Shown piece by piece: positions 56,941-64,000 of a stretch of 64,000 bases of DNA. The stretch's first letter is position 1, and each line of letters opens with the position of its first letter. A program made the position numbers and the translations under genes. The notes under the pieces were generated by a model. That model saw nothing but the letters and a program-made list of their open reading frames with translations, had not been told where the DNA came from and ran no database searches. The stretch comes from a virus, in the IMG/VR virus record IMGVR_UViG_3300025929_000001, positions 1-64,000 of that record. One strand, given 5' to 3'.

Positions 56941-57896
56941 CGTTTCATTCCGATAATGGCACCGCGTAACCTTGCGCTTTGAAACTGGCAAGGGCCTGGG
57001 TACTTAGACCAGTCGATAGTTTGCACTGTGTCCTTGAGCAGCTCGAGCATCTTGACGTTGTAGCAGCCGGTGTACGGCATATCAAGGTCGAAGCTAGCGC
57101 CTTCGTTTTCTTCCTTATGTGTGGCCATACGACCGTCAATAAAGAACACCGACCCCATTTGGTCGACAAAAGGTTTGATAACTTCGATACCCGCAAATAT
57201 AGCAGGGTTGATAGGCTTTTGCTCGGACGGTTGGTCAAGGATGCGGCTAATGTCCGGCCAGCTTGACGCGTCAAACAGTTGTGTGCGCAGCCAGCGATCT
57301 TCGCTGTAGTGAAAGGTAACGCTATGCTCAGTCACTTGCGCAAAGATAGGCGGTTCATTGATGCGCAACATTTCCTTTACAGCTTCACGCGGGATGTTGA
57401 CCACACATGGGAAGCTGAAGCCAACCCAATACTGGACGAGCGTGACGTTGTTAGTCGCGAGCAAGCAGTCCTTTTCGAACAGTACACCGTTGGCCCAACG
57501 TCGCGATGCGTCGTCACCAATGAACGGCGCGACTTCCTTTAACCCTGTGAGCAGTGCTGCGCCGTCAAAGTGCACAATCTCGCCTTCCGGGGTAGCGTGC
57601 GGGGTTTCTTCTTGTACGCAATCGACGAAGGCTTTGAATGCACCCGACTTAACGCTGAGTCTCCCTGCCGGGGTAAGTGCAAGCTGGACGGTATCGTCGC
57701 AGTTGCTAATCGCTTTGATAAGTGTGTCAGCGCGGGGTTTGCAGCTGATGTTAAAAGGGATCGGACTGGACAGTGCGAGCGTGCCGTTGAAGCCGCGCAC
57801 ATGTCCATTCTCGATAACAAAGTGCTTGAGGCTCGGTACAAAGTCTTTCTTTGCAATGGAACCCTGGCAAAACTTCAATGCGTTAATTATGGACAT
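56937..57896 (-). CDS. DNA polymerase processivity factor, beta-clamp-like
   Basis: L.HF.I..G.V...NG, ATNN..L, WPD..RIL, RGAIIGM end; near the polymerase, as in 9g/Seurat-type phages. Confidence 0.75.
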   Translation of the reverse strand: MSIINALKFCQGSIAKKDFVPSLKHFVIENGHVRGFNGTLALSSPIPFNISCKPRADTLIKAISNCDDTVQLALTPAGRLSVKSGAFKAFVDCVQEETPHATPEGEIVHFDGAALLTGLKEVAPFIGDDASRRWANGVLFEKDCLLATNNVTLVQYWVGFSFPCVVNIPREAVKEMLRINEPPIFAQVTEHSVTFHYSEDRWLRTQLFDASSWPDISRILDQPSEQKPINPAIFAGIEVIKPFVDQMGSVFFIDGRMATHKEENEGASFDLDMPYTGCYNVKMLELLKDTVQTIDWSKYPGPCQFQSARLRGAIIGMKR

Positions 57897-58173
57897 GTAT
57901 GCTCCCGTAATCCATCATATTGATTAATTTGTCGTCAACTTCGCCACGGCTTTTGAGTTGCAAGGTTTCGGAGTCGCCATGGCAACCTTCTTCTATAGCG
58001 GTCGATGAAATAAAGCCCGCGCTAACCGGACGCACTAATGCGCCTCGGTATTGCTGACGCAGTGCACGATCAAAGCCAAACGCCATGGTTGAATGTACGC
58101 ACACTTCAGGGAACACGAAGGGGAGTTCTATATTTAACTCGCCTAGTCTAACTGACATAACAACGTATTTCAT
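57883..58173 (-). CDS. conserved phage hypothetical protein
   Basis: MKYV...P.VFP....H...VSAGF...C.G.SETL.LKSR...D. Confidence 0.75.
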   Translation of the reverse strand: MKYVVMSVRLGELNIELPFVFPEVCVHSTMAFGFDRALRQQYRGALVRPVSAGFISSTAIEEGCHGDSETLQLKSRGEVDDKLINMMDYGSIHVHN

Positions 58174-58190
58174 CTTGACTCCTCGCGGTA

Positions 58191-58406
58191 TTATTTTATC
58201 GTTAGGATGACAGGTGGTTGGACTGAGTTCCATACCGGGTAAAACACTTCTTCGCCTTCTTTAAGATCAGGCTCTGCGCGATTGTGTCGGTAGGCTTCTC
58301 GTGAGCTTATGCGAGCTATTTCAATGTAATAGAACGCCATCTGATATTTGCGTTGCTCGAGATTACCGTCCACCAGAACATCCATTGTGCCATCAGCGTG
58401 TATCAT
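58191..58406 (-). CDS. hypothetical protein
   Basis: TAATG-coupled. Confidence 0.5.
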   Translation of the reverse strand: MIHADGTMDVLVDGNLEQRKYQMAFYYIEIARISSREAYRHNRAEPDLKEGEEVFYPVWNSVQPPVILTIK

Positions 58407-58636
58407 TAATCCCTCATCAGTTTAAAAGGTACACCAAAGATTGTTTCTTCACCTCTAGCGTTTATGCTAAAGGCAATGCGTGCGTCTTTCTCGCACTTGA
58501 TATTGTAATAGTCCTGCGGGCTAGCAACGAACGCATCTATCACATTACCTTCAGCGACAGATTTGTAGTACGCAAGACGCATACCCATGAGGGAAGTCGC
58601 TTGCACAAGGTTCTGTTGAACGGTCGCGTTTGTCAT
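58406..58636 (-). CDS. hypothetical protein
   Basis: AGGGA SD. Confidence 0.6.
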   Translation of the reverse strand: MTNATVQQNLVQATSLMGMRLAYYKSVAEGNVIDAFVASPQDYYNIKCEKDARIAFSINARGEETIFGVPFKLMRD

Positions 58637-58730
58637 TTTTAGTATTCCCTGTAAAAGTTGAATTAGCTGCTGTAAAGCAAAACATTATACAGGGAAACAT
58701 TTTAATCGCTCGCGAATTTTGAGTGTCTTT

Positions 58731-59660
58731 TTAAAAAAGTTGTTGGGACATTGCACACGGATACTGATAGTTATTGCGTCTAGCATCCTCGTTTACAAGG
58801 TCGTTGAGCTCCATGTAACCTAGCATGTTGTAGATTGCGCGGCTCTCGTAAATCGAGCTAAGCCGATCATAATTAAAACCCTTACGATCCAACATGTTAG
58901 CGAGCTGTTGCTGCTCTAACTCTGTAAGTGTGGTAAAATGACGCCCGTTCTCATGCTTGCTTGGACTGTCCTTGGAAACCGCGATTGGGCCGTGTTCACT
59001 GGTAAAGATGCTTCCAAACGCAGCAGCCTGAATCCAGGAGGACGAGTCACAAGAATGCCAAGGGTAGCGCATCATCAGGTTGGGCGACGTCATACCAAAC
59101 CCATGCACTTTGAGCTTCGCACGACCCGACCCGTCCATCATGCGTTCCCACACGCGGTCTAACCACACTTCTTGGTCTTTAGCCGACTTACCGACCAGAC
59201 CTCCAATCGTGATGTACGAGTAGCGCTCCACATACCAGTCAAGATAACGTATGTCCTCACCGTAGTGGAAGCAGGGTAGCGGTTTAGCATCCTGCCGTTC
59301 CATCTCGAGTTGGTTTTGCCAGGTCTTTAGCGGATCACCAATGCCGTCAAGTACGGAAGCCATGACAGCACCATCTTCAACGCGTAGGATGTCCCGGTTG
59401 CGACGGATGTAATCACAATAATCATCAATGCTAATATGCACGCCAAGGCTGTGAGCCGAGAAAGCACCTGAGTCCAGGAACACCTTGTGGCCTTGTTGTC
59501 TGATGACATCGACGAAGCGCTGTCCAGATATGTAATGATAGGATTCCAAAATGTGGGGTACACAACCGACGATTTCTTTTTCGATGTCTGTGAGTTTTTC
59601 ATAACGTGCCTGTGTCTCTCGATAGTTATTTGTGAAAACTGCCGCAAGGAACAAATTCAT
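58731..59660 (-). CDS. dpdA: DpdA-like DNA 7-deazaguanine transglycosylase (TGT fold)
   Basis: FLDSGAFSA, LD.IGD, PCFH.GE, IGGLV, VHGFG, PW.SCDSSSW; clustered with folE/queDCE. Confidence 0.8.
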   Translation of the reverse strand: MNLFLAAVFTNNYRETQARYEKLTDIEKEIVGCVPHILESYHYISGQRFVDVIRQQGHKVFLDSGAFSAHSLGVHISIDDYCDYIRRNRDILRVEDGAVMASVLDGIGDPLKTWQNQLEMERQDAKPLPCFHYGEDIRYLDWYVERYSYITIGGLVGKSAKDQEVWLDRVWERMMDGSGRAKLKVHGFGMTSPNLMMRYPWHSCDSSSWIQAAAFGSIFTSEHGPIAVSKDSPSKHENGRHFTTLTELEQQQLANMLDRKGFNYDRLSSIYESRAIYNMLGYMELNDLVNEDARRNNYQYPCAMSQQLF

Positions 59661-60160
59661 TTGTTTAAATCCTCCAAACTAATACGGTTGCGCTTAGCCT
59701 TATTCTCTGATTCGGTAAGATATTGCAAATTGCCAAGTACATGTAAACCCGACACTAATTCACCTTGCAGCGGAATAATGTGGTCAACGTGCAGACCTTC
59801 AGGACAATTAGCATAAAACGCTTCTATTAAATCAAGCTCTGCCCAAAATGGTACGCGCATTAAACGTCTGGCCCTTATCAAGCTTTGACTAGCCCGAATC
59901 TTTACCGCATTTCGTGCATAGTAATTGCGTTGCAGCTCTCGTGATCGTTCACGATTTGCCTGACGCCATTCTACGGTTTCTTGGTTCTTTTTCTTTGCAT
60001 GCTTAGCATAGGACTTCTGCGTATGCTCTCGCTGACAGGTTGCGCAACCTCCCGTCACATAGCGAATATCGATGTGCCCAAACTTGCAGGGTTTGCCCGT
60101 GAAGTAATGTTTTAATCCGCGGGCTTTTGCTTCCTTGCAACTTATGATTTCCACAATCAA
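59657..60160 (-). CDS. HNH homing endonuclease
   Basis: A.A.GL..YFTGKPC..GH...RY...C..C; HVDHIIPLQG..VSGLHV..NLQ.L...EN..K.N. Confidence 0.9.
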   Translation of the reverse strand: MIVEIISCKEAKARGLKHYFTGKPCKFGHIDIRYVTGGCATCQREHTQKSYAKHAKKKNQETVEWRQANRERSRELQRNYYARNAVKIRASQSLIRARRLMRVPFWAELDLIEAFYANCPEGLHVDHIIPLQGELVSGLHVLGNLQYLTESENKAKRNRISLEDLNK

Positions 60161-60387
60161 TCCACCTTAATACCGAACGCTTCCAGTTTTTCTTCCAGCG
60201 CATCGAGTTCTTGTAAGAGTTCGCGCAACACATGCGGACGAATTTTATCGACAAAGTCGTCGTTTTGATACCGACCGCCAAAAGTGACGCCCAACGCGAC
60301 ACCACTTTGGATTTCTCGGTAGACTTTCCGCTTGTCCACGTACAGTTGTGATATAGCGTTTGCTTCTTGCATATCGCTAAGTTTCAT
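60157..60387 (-). CDS. hypothetical protein
   Basis: AGGAG SD. Confidence 0.65.
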   Translation of the reverse strand: MKLSDMQEANAISQLYVDKRKVYREIQSGVALGVTFGGRYQNDDFVDKIRPHVLRELLQELDALEEKLEAFGIKVD

Positions 60388-60443
60388 TGTGGTAAAGCTC
60401 CTATAATAGCGCTGCCGTACGTTTAAACAGCGGGCAACGCGTT

Positions 60444-60477
60444 AAAAAAGCGGGTACACCCCAAAGCATACCCGCTT
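60444..60477 (-). terminator. intrinsic terminator (minus strand)
   Basis: AAGCGGGTA-loop-TACCCGCTT followed by TTTT on the - strand. Confidence 0.7.
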
Positions 60478-60500
60478 GATTTAAAACGCTTAAAACGCGT

Positions 60501-60899
60501 TTAAACCTTTGGGTCTTCCGCTGGAAATTCGGACGACACTGCCTGGTCTGCGACCTTGGCGTCAACAAACTTGCCCGTACTGTTCACGGTCTTTGGCGAC
60601 AACTTGCCAGCGGCAATCTCAGCGGCCGAAACTGCACCAGACAGGTCGTACTTGGAAGCTTGCTCTTTCTGGTAAGGCATCCAGCAAGCATACGCGCCGT
60701 TCGGCGGAGTTTCGTCGCCTTGCACCAGATACAGATCACGCAGTGCGAACGGGGTGCCGGTGTAGTCGAAACCACCGACGTTGATCTTGTTGTCAGCATG
60801 CACATAGCAGACCAGCGCGGGTTCCGGCTCGGTACCGGGTTCGTTGCGAAAGACCAGTACGACGCGGCCGACGGTAGGTTTGATGATAGGTGTGGTCAT
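60501..60899 (-). CDS. conserved phage hypothetical protein
   Basis: IKPTVGRVV...A.V..V....IN...D..G...WMPYQ. Confidence 0.75.
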   Translation of the reverse strand: MTTPIIKPTVGRVVLVFRNEPGTEPEPALVCYVHADNKINVGGFDYTGTPFALRDLYLVQGDETPPNGAYACWMPYQKEQASKYDLSGAVSAAEIAAGKLSPKTVNSTGKFVDAKVADQAVSSEFPAEDPKV

Positions 60900-61300
60900 T
60901 GTGTTACCTCTGTGAAGTTAAAGTTAGGAAGGCGCTCTTTCACCTTGGACATCATTTCGGCAAAGAGCGCAGCGTCCATTGTCTCAGCACGAATGGCTTC
61001 TGTCAAGGCTGCGGATGACAAGTAGCCAAGTTGGACAGCGCGGAGCAATGCAACCATAGATGGAAGATCACGCCGGCAAATATCATTGTAAAGCAGATAG
61101 ATGTTGCTGTCATAAATACTAAGCGTATCCAAGAACAGCACACAACCCAGGCCGCCCATAATGTCATCGGGGTCAATAGCAGCGGCTTCTTTCTGAAGGC
61201 GTACTACTGCTTCCATGGCGCCTGGATTGCCACCCGACATCTTTATCACGACGTCAAGAATGGTGTCTGTCAATTGAATACGCGAGTCTTTCTTCAACAT
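60896..61300 (-). CDS. conserved phage hypothetical protein
   Basis: MS.GNPGA...LD.L.IY...IY.LY.DIC. Confidence 0.75.
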   Translation of the reverse strand: MLKKDSRIQLTDTILDVVIKMSGGNPGAMEAVVRLQKEAAAIDPDDIMGGLGCVLFLDTLSIYDSNIYLLYNDICRRDLPSMVALLRAVQLGYLSSAALTEAIRAETMDAALFAEMMSKVKERLPNFNFTEVTQ

Positions 61301-61315
61301 GGTACTGCTCCTAAG

Positions 61316-61939
61316 TTACATTGCGATTTTGAGGAACTCTGCACGAGTCTCGGCCTGGTCTTTCATCACACCGCGCAGAGCGGAAGTAACAGTGTGATGT
61401 CCCTGCTGGCAAATGCCGCGTGACTCCATGCACATGTGCCTAGCTTTTATGACAACACCGACGCCCTTTGGCTGCAAGTGCAATTGCAGCGCGTCTGCGA
61501 TCTGGCAAGTAAGACGTTCTTGCACTTGGAGGCGACGTGCAAAAGCGTCAGCAAGGCGAGACAGTTTGCTAAGACCAACAATATTACCATCAGGGATATA
61601 AGCAATAGTAGCGGTGCCAAAAATATCAGCAAGATGATGCTCACACTTCGAGTAAATCGGGATGTCTTTAACGACGACCATTTCATCATAACCCTCCGAG
61701 CCGTCTTTGAACACCTTGAGGAGTTTAGCGATGTCGACGGAATACCCGCTAGTCCAGTGCTTCCAAGCTTTGACCACACGCGCTGGCGTTTCTGCCAAAC
61801 CTTCGCGGTCTGCATTCTCACCTTGCACGACGCCGCCAAGCAGGTCGTAAATAATCCCTTCCTTGCTCTTTTGGGCAAGGTAGTCCATCTCGCGTTCTTC
61901 CTCGATCGCGGTCAGTTGTGCGTTGATATTGTTATCCAT
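61316..61939 (-). CDS. folE: GTP cyclohydrolase I
   Basis: REGL.ETP.RV, S.CEHH, GLSKL.R, RLQVQERLT.QIA, H.CM..RG. Confidence 0.96.
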   Translation of the reverse strand: MDNNINAQLTAIEEEREMDYLAQKSKEGIIYDLLGGVVQGENADREGLAETPARVVKAWKHWTSGYSVDIAKLLKVFKDGSEGYDEMVVVKDIPIYSKCEHHLADIFGTATIAYIPDGNIVGLSKLSRLADAFARRLQVQERLTCQIADALQLHLQPKGVGVVIKARHMCMESRGICQQGHHTVTSALRGVMKDQAETRAEFLKIAM

Positions 61940-61942
61940 GTC

Positions 61943-62392
61943 TCACCCTGTATAAACTGCTGAGTTAGCGCCGTGTTCTTTTACTTCGCATGACACAAGC
62001 TTAACGCGACCGATTTGTCTAACATCGAACAACCATTGCACGACCATGTCGAATACCATCTTTGCGAACATCTCGCAACCGACTGCCGGAACGGTAATGA
62101 CTTCTGCTATGCCTAAGCCAGCAAGCGCACAGATTTCGTCATGTTGCGGGTCATCTTCTGCGACCAGCAATTTATGGTCGAAGGTATCTTGCAGCATCTT
62201 TTTAATGCTAGCAAGACCGCCAAAGTCAATGACCCACATGCGCTCGTCGAGCAGTTCCGACTCGAACACCAGCTTGACCGCTATTGCATAGCCATGCAGA
62301 TATTGGCAGTGTGAATGCGTTGCACGCCATTGACGGAATGCGCAGCTAAGGCCAATATCATGCCCCCATTGTTTTGTGCTTTGGAATGGCAT
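61943..62392 (-). CDS. queD: 6-carboxy-5,6,7,8-tetrahydropterin synthase
   Basis: RQWRA.HSHC..LHGY, WVIDFG, FDHK, GCE, V.E...N.A. Confidence 0.9.
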   Translation of the reverse strand: MPFQSTKQWGHDIGLSCAFRQWRATHSHCQYLHGYAIAVKLVFESELLDERMWVIDFGGLASIKKMLQDTFDHKLLVAEDDPQHDEICALAGLGIAEVITVPAVGCEMFAKMVFDMVVQWLFDVRQIGRVKLVSCEVKEHGANSAVYTG

Positions 62393-63174
62393 TATACCTC
62401 CGCAGACGTGCCGCGTTCGATGTCGTAGTTGCTGCTGAGCGGCAGCTCCATCAGACCAGCTTTAACCGCACGCATCACCAGCGGGTCAGGGACACCGGCT
62501 TCTTCGAAGCCTTTTGCACGCAGCAGCGTCGCATGGTCGTGACCGGTCGGCGGATACTTGCCGTCGTAAGATGTGTGGCTATACGCCAGCGCTGCCATGC
62601 AATCGTGTAAGCTCATTGCAAGCTTGACCGATTCCGCCTTGGTAAGCGACATCAGCGGGGTCAAAATGCGCAGTGGTGGGATTGTGCCAGCTTCGCCGGT
62701 GAAGGTACCATAGTTGCAAGCTTCTTGCAGGGTGTTGATAAATACTGCGCGGCAGTCAGGATACCCGCCGTTATCTTCCTGGCAAACACCGGTCACAAGG
62801 ATGTTGCAGCCCAGGACGTATGCGCGGTTCGCTGCAACGGTGATGAACAACTGGTTGCGCATGGGTACGAAGGTCTTTTCCAGACCGCCGGGCAGCGACT
62901 GATGGTCAGCGTACTGTTCGAGCTCGACCGACTTGTTAGTCAGTGGGGACGTACCAGCGAGGATGCCGTCGCCAAGACGGATGAACTCGTGCTTCTCGCG
63001 GGGAATACCAGCCATCATGGCAACGTGCTGTGCGGCGTCGAGTTCGATGCGGTGTTTTTGACCGTAGTCGAAAGTCACGCAGTGCACGTCGTAACCTTCG
63101 TTGATTGCCCAGAACAGGCAGGTCGTGCTATCTTGACCGCCGGACAGAATTACAAGTGCCTTTTGCTTAGCCAT
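62392..63174 (-). CDS. queC: 7-cyano-7-deazaguanine synthase (Zn-cysteine-less variant)
   Basis: SGGQDSTT, FDYGQKH..E, TFVP.RN..F, GYPDCR..F, TPL....K. Confidence 0.92.
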   Translation of the reverse strand: MAKQKALVILSGGQDSTTCLFWAINEGYDVHCVTFDYGQKHRIELDAAQHVAMMAGIPREKHEFIRLGDGILAGTSPLTNKSVELEQYADHQSLPGGLEKTFVPMRNQLFITVAANRAYVLGCNILVTGVCQEDNGGYPDCRAVFINTLQEACNYGTFTGEAGTIPPLRILTPLMSLTKAESVKLAMSLHDCMAALAYSHTSYDGKYPPTGHDHATLLRAKGFEEAGVPDPLVMRAVKAGLMELPLSSNYDIERGTSAEV

Positions 63175-63184
63175 TTTTAGACTC

Positions 63185-63886
63185 CTATTCAACATCAATT
63201 ATCTTGTGGGTCTGCAATTGCAGGATGTAACCATGCTTCATGCAGCTAGCTTTGACCGCATCGACGTTGACCTTGTAAATGACTTCGTCTTTGGGGTCCA
63301 TGGGCTGCACATAGATAGGCCTGGTATTGTCTTTGGGCGGCCGAGCAAGTTGCGGCGATGCTGTGTGGCCAAGCGCTTGGACTGGCAAACCGTCCGCGTC
63401 GTTAAGGCTGTCAGCGCTTAAGACGTATTTGAAGGCGTTGATATGGCTGAGCAGCTTGGGGCTGACCTTACCCGTCTTGGGGCTGCAAATGACCACAACC
63501 TTAGAGGGGAAGTCCTCCGGCGGTGCGAGCGTGCCGTTAGTCTCGACCTGAACGGTGAAACCTGCCGACAACAGCTTTTTGCATAGCGGGGTGATGTTTT
63601 GGCGGAATGGTTCGCCGCCGGTTATGACAACCAGGCAAGGCTTGTCAAGTGGGTTAAAGAAGAACACCTGATCGACTACGTCATGCATCGACATTTCCTT
63701 GCGACCAACCGTGTAGTCGGTATCGCAACCTGGGCACTGTAGATTACAGCCAGCCAGACGGACGAATACAGCGGGGTGTCCGCTGAAAGGGCCTTCGCCT
63801 TGGATTGTGTAGAAGATGCTATGAACCGAGAGGATGATGCCGTTTGAGTCCCGATATTTTTCAATCGGTTGTTGGTTCTGGTTCAA
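63185..63886 (-). CDS. queE: 7-carboxy-7-deazaguanine synthase (radical SAM)
   Basis: IFYTIQGEG...G.PAVFVRLAGCNLQCPGCDT, VVITGGEP, VETNGT, SPK, LQTHK; TTG start after GAGG. Confidence 0.95.
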   Translation of the reverse strand: MNQNQQPIEKYRDSNGIILSVHSIFYTIQGEGPFSGHPAVFVRLAGCNLQCPGCDTDYTVGRKEMSMHDVVDQVFFFNPLDKPCLVVITGGEPFRQNITPLCKKLLSAGFTVQVETNGTLAPPEDFPSKVVVICSPKTGKVSPKLLSHINAFKYVLSADSLNDADGLPVQALGHTASPQLARPPKDNTRPIYVQPMDPKDEVIYKVNVDAVKASCMKHGYILQLQTHKIIDVE

Positions 63887-64000
63887 TGTAACCTCACGAG
63901 GAACAGACAAGCCCTAGGCCTGTTGTGTACGGGTTTTGATGCGGGAGGGAGTGAACGGTTTTTACCGGGAAGCGCACGTTCCTTCTAGGTGGTGCACTTG

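Noticed and set aside
1-64000. Prophage or lysogeny module
   Set aside because: No integrase, att site or flanking host genes were seen; the HTH triplet is co-oriented and not arranged as a cI/cro switch.

Overview
A 64-kb segment of a siphovirus-type dsDNA phage with two convergent arms. No integrase or repressor/att module is visible. The + arm (510-52873) carries thyA, about 13 kb of small translationally coupled accessory genes, and then the structural genes: terminase, portal, scaffold, capsid, a separately promoted 7-kb appendage module, neck, tail tube, a -1 frameshift chaperone pair, tape measure, a 2484-aa tail-hub fusion, tail fibre and lysis cassette. The - arm (52919-63886) carries a J-domain protein, a family-B DNA polymerase, a beta-clamp-like protein and a 7-deazaguanine DNA-modification pathway (queE, queC, queD, folE, dpdA-like). 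This gene set resembles 9g/Seurat/CAjan-type phages. A Burkholderiales (possibly Oxalobacteraceae) host is inferred from protein motifs only. Most notable: (1) five 115-160 bp islands almost free of GA/TC dinucleotides, sharing TTAAA(A)CGC/TTTAAACAGC motifs and in several cases hairpins, one of them inside a coding region. They may be windows kept free of dG modification. (2) A phage-encoded PEP-CTERM protein. (3) An 1830-aa protein built from about 39 exact 20-aa repeats, with small partner genes. (4) A QueC lacking its Zn-binding cysteines. (5) Three tandem XRE paralogs. All family calls come from motif recognition; no searches were run.
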